A DNA stretch of 64,000 nucleotides from Antechinus flavipes (Eukaryota): the NCBI RefSeq assembly GCF_016432865.1, contig NC_067399.1, forward strand, positions 49,290,001-49,354,000, given 5' to 3'. Positions 48,570 to 59,132 of this stretch are shown in pieces. Position numbers and translations under genes: made by a program. Each line of letters starts with the position of its first letter. Within the stretch, counting starts at the first letter, position 1. The notes under the pieces were generated by a model. That model saw only the letters and a list, made by a program, of their open reading frames with translations, did no database searches and was not told where the DNA came from.

Positions 48570-51500
48570 CCTCCATAACACATGTACTGCTGATTGCCCC
48601 AGGCACAAAAATCACTCATAGCTCTGCAAATTCATCCTGATTTTACAAAATCCAACCCAAATGCCACTTTCTCTATGAAGTATTCCCTGATCCCTCAGTC
48701 AGGAAAGACCCTTTCCTCCTTACATCTTACATAACAGCTCACAGATATTGTTTGTATTACAGCCAGCTGCATCCCTCTTCTAGACCCCAAAATCAGGGGA
48801 GCAGGGGCTGTGTCTTACCTAAAATCTTGCTGTCTCTTCCAGAGCTAGCCCAGGGGGGCTGACATGAATACTGATATTTTTTGGTTAGTCAGACTTGTAG
48901 TGTTCCTCCTCCCTGCCCTCTACCTCAGATGCCTGAGACACACCCTCATCCATAGACATTTCCCCTAAGGCTCCTTACCTCATTCAGCTTACAGGGTACA
49001 TCAGGGTATTCCTCACGCACCACCTTGCTGAAGGATAGAGCCCCTGAGGCCCCCAGGGTCAGGAAGCCTGTGCCCGGCCTGAGCAAATGATCTCCTGCCC
49101 CACCTAGAAGACAGTAGAAAGGTGGGATAGAAACTGGGCAAATGTTCTCCTGTCCCCCTAGAAGAGAGTGGAAGGGTGGGATAGGAGCTGGGCAAATGAT
49201 CTCCTGTCCCCCTAGAAGAGAATGGAAGGATGGGATAGGAGCTGGGCAAATGTTCTCCTGTCCCCCCCCAAAGAGAGTGGAAGGGTGGGATAGAAGCTGG
49301 GCAAATGTTCTCCTGTCCCCCTAGAAGAGAATGGAAGGATGGGATAGAAGCTGGGCAAATGTTCTCCTGTCCCCCCCCAAAGAGAGTGGAAGGGTGGGAT
49401 AGGAGCTGTGCAAATGTTCTCCTGTCCCCCCCCCAAAGAGAGTGGAAGGGTGGGATAGGAGCTGGGCAAATGTTCTCCTGTCCCCTCCCAAAGAGAGTGG
49501 AAGGGTGGGATAGGAGCTGTGCAAATGTTCTCCTGTCCCCCCCCCCAAAGAGAGTGGAAGGGTGGGATAGGAGCTGGGCAAATGTTCTCCTGTCCCCCCC
49601 CAAAGAGAGTGGAAGGGTGGGATAGGAGCTGTGCAAATGTTCTCCTGTCCCCCCCCCCCAAAGAGAGTGGAAAGGTGGGATAGGAGCTGGGCATCCAGCT
49701 GTGAGGTGAGACAGAAGGGGATTACTCTGCCAGGGCTCCCCCAACCCCCAGGGGATCCCAGAATAGCACCGACCTGTTGGTGCTTATTGCTCAGTCCCAG
49801 GGTCAGAGCCTCACCTGTGATAAAGGTGTATGAGCCCCTCGGGTTCTCCCAGACCAGGGGAAAGAAGGCTTTCCAGGCAGTGAAGGTACTCAGGAGCAAG
49901 GTCTCCAGGACCTAAGCAGGAGGGAGCTTTTTCTTAGCTACAGTTCTCCTTGCCTTTCCCTCTCGCCCTCCCCCACTGCTATCCTCTTCCCTTCTTCCTC
50001 CCTCGCCCCACAGCCCCTCCGTACCCACTGTAGCTCCTTCAGGCTCTGAGTGTGGGGCGCTCCCCCTTGCCACCAGCTGAAACCCAAAGAGGAGACCACA
50101 TCAGTGACCTTCCTGCCTCCTTCCAGCAGAGACACCTTTGCTGCTTCTGCTCCATCCTCAGTGCCTGTGGAAGGAAAGGGAGCCAAGGGGGTGGGTAAAA
50201 GACTGAAGCTCCCCCTTCCCTCTGTTCTGTCTTGGAGAAAGCTACTGAAAAGTTCTCTGAAGACAGCCACATTTCTCTAGGAGTGAGAGTGTCAGGGTAC
50301 CTAAGGAAAGGAGTATTTGTCATTCCTGGATCATCCTAGCCCCAGATGGCTCTTAGGAGCTGCCCGAAATCAGGGAGCCCCAGAACAGCCTCTTGCTGTG
50401 ACATAGTGTTTAACCTCTGCAGTCAGAGGACCAGGATTCAAATCCCATTTCCAACACTTACTATCCTTGCGATTTGGGCCAAATGTTTAAACTCTACGGG
50501 CTTCGATTTCTGCAATCTACAAATGGAAAGAGTTCTGGACCTCTCCTCAGGGGTCTGGCCACTGGATATGATTCCCTTCTGGGTACTTTATACTCTTTAC
50601 AAACTGAATGACTTTTCTCTTTCTGTCAGCCAACAGGTATTTATTAAACACTTACTGTTTGCTGGGCACTTCCCAACTTCAAATGCTATAAATGTAGCTG
50701 TAACTAAGATGGGATCATCAGGACTTTGTCCCAAAGGTAGACAATGTAGAAAACACAGAGGATAATATCATCAGTACTTCCTAGTGTCTCAGAGTATATC
50801 TATCCCCTTCTTTAGTGACTGCTCATGGCCATGCAGGTAATGTCAGAAATGGAAAATGAACTCAAGTCTTCTGATACCAAATCCAACACTCTTTCCACTG
50901 CTCTGCCTCCAGAGCAGAAGTTCTTAATTTTCAGTCTGTGAACTTTAAAAAAATTTTTAAATAATATTTTATTCTTCCCCAATTAAATATTAAAACAATC
51001 TTCCTTTTTTCACATTTAAATTTTACTTTTTTTTTTAGGTTTCAGTTTCAATTTCTATCCCTCCAACAGTTTGGCAGAAAAAAAATGACAAATGTATTTT
51101 AATAGAATTTGTTTCCTTTATAAAACTGTGTGTTTTAATTTGTGCATTTAAAAACATTATTTTGAGGAAGGGTCCAGGCTTTACCAGCCTGATTAAAAAA
51201 TCCAGCAAAAGTTAAAAGCCCTGCTTTAGGGTACTATTTCATGTCTTCTTTTCAGTATTAATGTATGAATCTCTGATTGAAGTTGCTGGATTTAATTCAG
51301 GGAGTTCAGGGACAAGTTCTCACCTTTCTTTCCCCTCAGCCTTCAGCTTTGGTTCCTGCCGGCTCCTCCCTGTTCATTTTTCCCCAGAACACATGAAGAG
51401 TTCACATTTGCCTCTTGATGCAAGACCAAGACCCAGCCCCACTGCCAGGGGCACTCCCAGAACCCCTGTCGCACCCCACCCTAGAGCGGAGCTGGTGACT

Positions 51501-53460
51501 CACCAACATCCCCGACCACAGTGAACAGGCGATTGTGGGCTTCTGCTGGTAGGAAGTTCCGAAGCTTCTCCAGGCGTGTAGCATCCCGGGAAATGACAGC
51601 CACTTGGAACCCTATGGAGGTGGAGGAAGGTCAGGAGGTAGAAATAGGAATCTACAGGATGGGATCCCAATGGCTAAAAGTGTGGCCAGGAGAATCTCTG
51701 TCAAAGCTGGTCCTGTACACGGAAGCAAATGAGTCCCAGAAATTTAGAATAAGGAGCCCCAGAAACCATCTAACCCAAGTAACAGGAGAAAGTAGAATTA
51801 GAGGAGATCAGAGTTCAAATCTCAACTGTCACTTCCTTTAATTTTAGACAAGGCTTCCCCTACTTGGGCTTTGATTTTCTCATCTCTAAAATGAGAGAGC
51901 TAATAGATGAAGATAATGGAATAATATTATTGTTCTATAAAAATTGATGAACAAGCTGATTTTAGAAAGGCCTGGAAAGATTTACACAAAGTGACACTGA
52001 GTGAAACAAGCAGAACCAGGAACACATTGTACACAATGATAGCAATTTTATGCAATGATCAACTATGAAAGACTTGCGTTCTTTTCAGTGGTTCAGTGAT
52101 CCAAAGCAATCCCAATAGACTTAGGACAGAAAATGCCATCTGCAGCCAGAAAAAGAACTATGGAGATTGAATATAAATCAATACATTTCACTTCTTTTTT
52201 TCTGTTTTTTTCCCCCTCTCCCATGGTTTTTCCTTTTTGCTTTGATTTTTCTCTCCCACCGTGATTCATAAAGCAATGTGTATTAAAAACAAATAAATTT
52301 TTAAAAAATTTAAAACAAATAAAACCAGAGAGCTGGAAGACATAAAAGTCAGAGGAGACCAGGGTTCAAATATCAGCTCTACTAGTTCCTTCAATTTCCT
52401 CATTTCTAACAGGAGAGAGCTAGAAGATTCAGAGTTGCTTCATCTTTTTTTGTTCCATGGACCCTTTTGGGGCTTAGGAAGCCCATGGAATTCGCAAAAT
52501 GATAAATATTTTAAAATTCATAATTGTTAAATTGCTGGATTTCACTTAAATATTAGTGAAAATGAAGACTTTTTTTTTTCACCCAAGTTCATGGACCCCT
52601 TGAAATGTATGCATGGATTCCAGTTAAGAATCCCTGAATTGGATTCTTTCTATTTGAATTTTCTAGGACTATAACCATTACATTTTATGGACTAACTGAT
52701 GTCCAGATTTAAATAATCTGACCCAGGGTGATCCAGAGAAGGAGTGTGGGAGATGGGGATTGGAAGGATTGGAACCCTAGGTCCAGTTCTTTCGGTCCTG
52801 GGATCTACAATCGGGATGTTCTCCCACTAGGCTCCTGGCCAATTCTCATCCCAGCTCTGCACATCCTTCTCCCCCCAAGTGAAGTGCACTGGAAAAAAAG
52901 AAAGGGCTTAAAAAAAAAAAAAAAAAAAGCAGCACTTAATCAGACTCATTGTCCAGCCGCCTCTACGGATTCCCGGGGCTCGAGTGGAATGAAAAATATG
53001 GTTTAGCTCCTTCCCAGGTGGCTGGGAGAGTATCCTTCCAGGATCTTGGGGAGCGAGACTGGACTTACATCCCCAAGGTAAAACACCGGCAAGGTGGAGT
53101 GGAAAGCACATTGGATTTGCATTTATAGTCAAAGGACCTCGGTTCAGAGCTCGACTTTGTTACTTCCTACTCGTGTGACCTCTTTGGGTCTCAGTGTCCC
53201 CTTTTGTAAAATGGCAACTTGGACTCAAGTTCCTTCTAGTTCTAAATCCTAGGACCAGACTTCCTCAATCTGGGATTTCCTAACACTCCCACCCTGTATC
53301 TAGCCTGTGGCTTCGAGCTCCCACCCACCTGGGGGCCATGGTCCCACCCATCCCACTCCCCCCGAAGTCTCTCACCCTTCTCCAGGAGCGACTTCACAAT
53401 CCCAGAGCCCACGGTCCCAGCTCCTCCCAGCACGAGGACCAGGCGCTCAGAAGGGGACAT
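47368..53460 (-). CDS. Uncharacterised Rossmann-fold / atypical SDR-like NAD(P)-binding protein, 6 exons, 243 aa
   Basis: Exons: 53460-53376, 51611-51504, 50164-50025, 49911-49815, 49103-48979, 47544-47368. All GT-AG, phases 1,1,0,1,0, 732 nt with no stop or frameshift. Protein: MSPSERLVLVLGGAGTVGSGIVKSLLEKGFQVAVISRDATRLEKLRNFLPAEAHNRLFTVVGDVGTEDGAEAAKVSLLEGGRKVTDVVSSLGFSWWQGGAPHTQSLKELQWVLETLLLSTFTAWKAFFPLVWENPRGSYTFITGGAGDHLLRPGTGFLTLGASGALSFSKVVREEYPDVPCKLNEVKINMGVARPEALAPGYVSHLEVGQAVASLVDKLAVSHTVLCVDSPTDLQVLTSEGKL*. The ATG has A at -3. Confidence 0.9.
47717..47802. repeat. Perfect 36-bp palindrome (ATCTAT)3(ATAGAT)3 next to (CA)21
   Basis: Palindrome arms at 47717-47734 and 47735-47752; CA run at 47761-47802. 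A second run, (CA)16, lies at 48535-48566. Confidence 0.95.
48280..48415 (+). mobile_element. CORE-SINE with RTE-derived tail (MAR1-like); an antisense copy lies near 54345-54540
   Basis: CORE gtcacttaa...cctcagtttcctcatc followed by ggagaagggaatggcaaaccacgccagtatctctgccaagaaaacccc. Confidence 0.7.
49083..49690. repeat. Minisatellite (VNTR), 11 x 54-58 bp
   Basis: Units start at 49083, 49138, 49192, 49246, 49301, 49355, 49410, 49466, 49521, 49578 and 49633. Consensus gcaaatgttctcctgt[C5tag|C8-11]aagagagtggaagggtgggataggagctg(g/t). Confidence 0.95.
51915..52320 (+). mobile_element. LINE-1 3' fragment in intron 1 of the SDR-like gene (antisense to it); another fragment near 53925-54250
   Basis: ctgagtgaaacaagcagaaccaggaacacattgtacac...cagaaaatgccatctgcagccagaaaaagaactatggag, ending in an A-rich tail. 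Confidence 0.8.
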
Positions 53461-53559
53461 GCTGCCCGGAGGATGCCCCGCAGACCAAGCGAAGGCTGGA
53501 CCCCGAGCGAATATTAAGTGGAGGAGGTTCCTTGGCGTCTCGCCCTCGGAGGCCGTCGC

Positions 53560-53640
53560 TGGCCAATCCCTCAGCACTCTGGAGGGATTGGCTCCGCCCC
53601 CTGGGCTGCCAGCCAAGCCCCGAATCTCGCCAGCCAATTT
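53560..53640 (-). promoter_or_regulatory. Promoter of the SDR-like gene: three CCAAT boxes and a GC box
   Basis: CCAAT 53563-53567, ATTGG 53587-53591, CTCCGCCCC (Sp1) 53592-53600 and CCAAT 53634-53638, in a CpG-containing patch 100-180 nt upstream of the ATG at 53460. Confidence 0.65.
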
Positions 53641-56064
53641 CCTAGATCTATTATGCAGTCGGTCCGGGACAAGGAACGAACTGCAAAGGAGTTTGCAAAT
53701 TATAGGCTCTAACTCTCAGCTTACGGAGAGGGCAAGAAAATTGTTCCAATCCACCCCACAACAATTATTTCCCTCTCCAACAACAGCCGGCATCTATGTA
53801 ATGCTTGGAAAAGCTTTGCAAAGCACTTTCTGTGATATTTCATTTGATTCTCACAACCACCTTGGAGGTATTTTTATTGTCTCCATTTTACAAATGAAGA
53901 AACTGAGGTTTAAAGGGACCGAATTTCAGGCCAGTTCCAATGGTCTTGTGAAGAAAGCCATCTGCACCCAGAGAAAGGATTTGGGCGCTGGGTGTGGATC
54001 ACAACACAGCATTTTCACTCTTTTTATTATTGTTTGCTTGTATTTTGTTTTCTTTCTCATTTTTTTCCCTTTTTGATCTGATTTTTCTTGTGCAACATGA
54101 TATTTGGGGAAATATGTATAGAAGAATTGCATATGTTTAACATAGATTACTTGCCATTTAGGGGAGGGGATGAGGGAAAGGAGGGAAAAATTTTGTTAGG
54201 GTGAATGTTGAAAATTATCCATGAATATATTTTGAAAATAAACTTTAAAAAAATAAGGGGGACCGAATTTGAACTCTTGCTGGCTTTCAGGTCTTTTCCA
54301 TGCACTGAGCTACCTACTTGTCTCACCAAACTTCTTCAACAAGTGGTCATCCATTAAATAATAGTTCTCGTCCAACCATCTTCAACTCCTTGTTTTCTTG
54401 GCAAAAATACTGGAGCGATTTGCCATTTTCTTGTCCAGCCCATTTGACAGATAAGAAAACTGAGGCAAACAGGGTTAAGTGACTGGCCCAGGATCAAAAA
54501 GCTTCTGTCTGAGACTGGATTTGAATTACTGACGAGCACTCTGCCCAGTGAGTCATCTAGTTGCTAATAATAATAATAGCAGTAGATACTGTGCTAAACA
54601 CTTTACAAACATTCTCTCATTTGATCCTCACATCAACCCTGGAAGGTAGGTACTCTTATTATCATGCCTGCTTTACCTTTGAGGAAACTGAGGCAGAAAG
54701 GGATTAAATGACTTGCTCAGAGCCCCCCACTTCAGACACCCAAGGCAGACTCTGAATTCAGGTCTTGCTGCCTTTGGGTAGCTCGGTGGGAAAGGGATAG
54801 AATTCGGGGCCTGGATCTGGCCTTTGGCTCTATCCACTGACCAACTTAGCTGCCTTTGTATCTTTGGGAATGAGGGGATTCACTCCACATTTGGAGGGCT
54901 CTTTCTGCCCACTAAGCCTAAAAATAACCTTTCTACAGTTTCTGCCCTGGATTTTGCTCTGCGGTGGGGTCTGGCATCAAACCCTATTGTTTTACCTCCA
55001 AACTCCAGGGCTTTCTGTGTCCCAGTGGCTTTCTTTTTTTCCCAGAGCGCACTGTAGAACAGCATCATAAAGGTGAGGTTCCTACCGGCCCCTACCACCT
55101 CCAAGCCCTGCTTAAATCTCCTTGCTCCACGGAGCCTTGGCAGTGCCCTCTGCGAGCCTGTTGGGGATCCTGGGAAAAGGCAGACTTGGGTTTGGATGCC
55201 CTGATTTGTGATATGACCTTGGGCAGATACCTCCCTCAGTCTGCGCCTTTCGGTCTCCTACGGTTCTGACCTTGGATGGTTCTGGGCCGCTGGCAGGATG
55301 GGCGGGTCCGAGAGCCGCTTTCGCCCCCCGGGGAAGCTCCGGCCTCCAGTGGCCCGGTATTGCCACCTAGCGTTCCAGGGAGGTTGAGTGCGTGCGGGGG
55401 CATCGCGGGAAGGGGGCAGTGAGATGGGGGAGAGGGGCGGCTCCCGGCTCCATCGCTGCCACAGGGAAACCGATTTCGGGTCGTTAGAACTAGGAAGAAT
55501 CCGGGGTGTTCTCCACGCCCTGGCCCACGGAAGGGCTCACGGCAAAGCCGGGCAAGGCTGGGACGAGAGCCCAGATTTCAGGTCTCAGTGTCAGTCATCT
55601 GTGCCGCGGGCGCCCTGGTGGAGGAAACTTCGCTTCCCAAAGAGCCAGGCGCCTTGGGCAGAGCGCGCGATTCTCCCGGCGCTCTCGGGCCGCTGCGGGG
55701 CCAGGCGAGTGACCCCTCCCCCCTACCTGAGTTAGGGACCACAGCACTTCCAAGTCCTGACTCACGAGCCCAGCAGCGCCGTGAGCCTGCGAGCGGGAGG
55801 GCAGGACCCTCACACCACAGAGGAGGAAACAGGACTTGGGGGCTGTCACACCGCTAGCCTGACTTTCGGACCCCAAATCTGGAGGTTGCTGACTCCTGAG
55901 GAGGTGACGAATTTAAGCGTCCCCCCACTGTCTCTTTCGCTTCCTGTTCCCAGGTGGGGACCCCCTCCCCTTTTCACCAGCGCCCTCCGCCCATCACCCT
56001 TCCATTCTCTGTAGAAACCCCTTCTCTGTAGTCTTCGGTCCGGCAAGGACAGAGTTAAACTTCA

Positions 56065-56236
56065 AAATTGGGCGGGGAAGGGGGGGCGGAACCCCCAAAC
56101 CCCGCCCCATATGCGTCAGCCCTCGTGTCTGACCAATGGGGGGGCGAGACCCCCGTGAAGCCGGAAGGGCCCTGTTGGTCCATTGGGCTCCGGGTTGTGC
56201 GGCGGGCGCTGGAGGAGACTCCTGGAACCTGGACAG
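56065..56236 (+). promoter_or_regulatory. SPATA2L: SPATA2L CpG-island promoter and candidate non-coding exon 1
   Basis: GC boxes from 56070, TGCGTCA at 56112, CCAAT at 56133-56137, ETS CCGGAAG at 56161, ATTGG at 56182 and a donor at 56237. Confidence 0.6.
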
Positions 56237-56468
56237 GTAAAGACGCCTCCCCGGCTTCCCGCCTCCCCTTCCCTTCCCCATCCTCACCCCGAGACTGCCA
56301 TCTGGGGGCGGGTGTGGGGGCGGCCTGAGCCCGGTTCTCCGGGGGAGCGCTTCTCTGATTTGGCTCGGCCGTCTGGGGGTGAGGGGGGCGCTGCGCTGGG
56401 GAGGGGGTCCTGGAGGAGGCGGGGGAGGGGACTTCGCACCTAACCCCCCCACCTCCCCCACCCCCAGG

Positions 56469-59132
56469 ATGGGCGCCAGCTCCCTGTCGGAGGATTACCG
56501 TCTGTGCTTGGAGCGGGAGCGGCGGAGGGGCGGCTCGGGCGTCTGTGCAGACCCCACTCTGCGGGCCGTGCTCTGGCAGATCCTCGTGGAGGACTTCGAC
56601 CTCCACGGGCTGCTCCAGGACGACGCCCTGGCCCTCTTCACCGATGGGCTGTGGGGCCGAGGGGACCTGGCCCCCGCCCTGCGCAACCTGGCCCGGGCGT
56701 TCGAGCTTCTGGAGCTAGCCGCTGTCCACCTCTACCTCTTTCCCTGGAGGAAGGAGTTCACCACCATCAAGGTAGAAGCGGCCCGGGATGTCCCCAGCTC
56801 TGCTTGGCCGAAGGGCCAGGATCTGCCGGGAGCTCCGCGGCTGGGCCCGAGCGGTGTGCCGGCCAGGGGATGGGGGCGGGGAGTGGGGAGAAGGACGACA
56901 GGCGGGGGGGGGGGGGGCGGAGGAGAAAGGGGAGGGGGCCCTGCTTGCCCTTTCTGGGGCCAGTGGTGGTCCAAGCTTCGGAACTTCTCCGCCTGGCCGC
57001 CGGAGCCCAGGAAGGGGCCCGCGCTTCCAAGCCACCTTTGCCCCGGGGACCCTCTCGGTCACCGGCAGCCTTGTTAGAGCGGGGCTAAGTAGGTACGGAG
57101 GGGAGCGCAAAGTGGGCAGGATTTGGCGTCAGGTTCACGTCCCTTTCCGTGCCTCGGTTTCCCCGTGTTGGACCCGAATGATTCCTCAATCCTGCGAGCA
57201 GATGGGTGACACCCTGAAGTCACGAAGCACGAGGGCAGACCGCGGGGTGGGCCGGTTCCTGAGCAGGTGGAGAGCCTGCACCTGCCCTCGTCTCACCCTC
57301 CTGCCTCCTGTGTATTCCGTGCCCAGAAGCGATAGGGAGCAGGGAACTGTCATGTCAATCAGAGTGCCAGCTAGAACAGCTGGAAAAAGATCGCCCCAGC
57401 AACTTTGTGAATGTTGGGGAGGGAGCCGAGTGATGTCATCTTGGGCAGCGTGGGAGAGTAACACCTCCACTCCGTTACTGTGGCAACCCCAGCCTCCCCA
57501 GGAACCCGGGCACAACTTCGGAAACCAGGTTACTCGGCAGCGCCACCTGCTGGCCCACTGAGCCTAGAGAGGGGCGCTTCAGCTTTTCGTGGGCCATGGA
57601 CCCCTTTGCAGCGTGGTGGAGCCTGGGGACCCCCTTCAGAGCAATCTTTAAAAAAAAAAATTTCCACATTTCCTAGCTGTGTGACTCTGGGCAAGTCACT
57701 TAACTCCTTTGCTCCAGAAAAAAAAATTCCAGAGCAATCTTTTTAAATAATGGGAGGAAAAGCTCTTTAAATTAGGTTAGTGAAAATAAAAATTAATTTT
57801 TTGGTACATCCAAGATCATGGATCCAATGAATTCTACTTAAGAACCCCTTAATTAAGATTCCAGATTTAGAACCTCTGACCTATAGAAGTCAGTCGGAGG
57901 ACTTGGAGTCTGAGATCGGGGTTTGAATAATACTGTAATCCCAGGGAAGGCAGCCTGACTCTGATTCCCCATCTGTAAATGAAAGTAATACTTGACTCCC
58001 AACTTCACAGCGGTCCTGAGAGGAAATCCTTTGGAACCCGATAGAAATCCCAGTTATTAACAGAGAGGGAGAAAGGGCGACAGACTGAGCACCCCTAAGT
58101 CAGTAACGTGGTTCTTTTTGGTTACAGACATTTTCGGGGGGCTATGTCCACTTCCTGAAGGGCGTGCTCTCGGAGGACCTCATCACCAAGTGCTTCCAGA
58201 AGATGGGCTACACGAGGAGGGACGAACACCACCTGGTCGTGGCCACGCCACCGCCGGGCTATGAGCTCGTTCAGGTGGCTCTCGGCTGCTTCGCTCTACG
58301 GTTGGAGTGCGAGATTCTCGGGGAGATCCTGACCAAGCTGGGGACCAGCCTCCTGTCTGCCGAGGAGCTGATCGAGGAGCGAAGGGCCAGTGGGGACGTG
58401 GACACATGCGTGGACCGGCTGAGGCGGCGGCTGGCTGGAACCGGAGAGCCGCCCACGAGGCCTTTGGTCAGTTACCCCGCCGGCATCGATCTGTACAGTG
58501 ACATGCTGGAAGAAGGGCCCGAGGATGGGTCTTTGTATGGTGAGCCCCTCACTGGGCCAGAGTCGCCCTCCCCAGAGTTAGCCTATCAACCCCCGGTCTG
58601 GGAACAGAGTGCCAAACTGTGGGGCACCGGCCAGATGGCCTCCAGCGCCCGGGAGCTTCGGGACAACGGGAGCAGCTGGGAGTCTCCGAGCGTGGAGGAG
58701 CCAGTGGAGGAGAGCCTGTCCTATGAGGCTTTTGAAGAACCCACGGAAGAGAGAACCACCTTCTCCTTCATCGCCCTGCGGAGAGAGCTGACCACAGAAG
58801 TTCCCGGGGGCAAGAGCCCCAGCCGCTCCCCTCGGCACGTCAGGGCCGCCGGGCATCTTGAGGCCGCCGAAGGGGCCCCCGCTTCTCCCTCTGCCGCGGG
58901 TGGGGAGCCCCAGCGCTACCAGCTTCACGGTTGCCTGCCAGTGGGCACTCTGCCCGCTTACTGCTGTGATACGTGCTGCCAGCTCCACGCCAGCCACTGC
59001 CAGGCCCTGTATAACTGCCGCCTGGATCACACACTGCACGAGCTGCTGAGCGAGAAGCAGCGCCGTCTCTGGCTGCAGAGGACCCAGCTGGACTCCCTGC
59101 TCTATGAGAGTCCCCCTAGAGCCAGGCCCTAG
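56469..59132 (+). CDS. SPATA2L: SPATA2L, spermatogenesis-associated 2-like (PUB domain, C-terminal Cys/His cluster), 435 aa
   Basis: Coding exons 56469-56771 (MGASSLSEDYRLCLERE...WRKEFTTIK, donor gtagaa) and 58128-59132 (TFSGGYVHFLKGVLSEDL...LLYESPPRARP*). The acceptor cccccag at 56467, just before the ATG, implies a non-coding first exon; a candidate donor ggacag|gtaaag lies at 56236/56237. Confidence 0.96.
57537..57555 (-). promoter_or_regulatory. Consensus CTCF-binding motif in SPATA2L intron 2
   Basis: The minus strand reads GGCCAGCAGGTGGCGCTGC, matching GGCCASYAGRKGGCRSY. Confidence 0.6.

Noticed and set aside
49013-49899. Long ORFs (243, 192 and 160 aa) across the minisatellite, and a CRISPR-like appearance
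   Set aside because: The ORFs are by-products of a stop-poor repeat; only 49911-49815 and 49103-48979 are real exons. There are no unique spacers, no cas genes, and the DNA is mammalian.
53461-53637. N-terminal extension of the SDR-like ORF (MAGEIRG...) in the ORF track
   Set aside because: It starts at TTG inside the CCAAT/GC-box promoter; the first in-frame ATG is at 53460, directly before the Rossmann strand.
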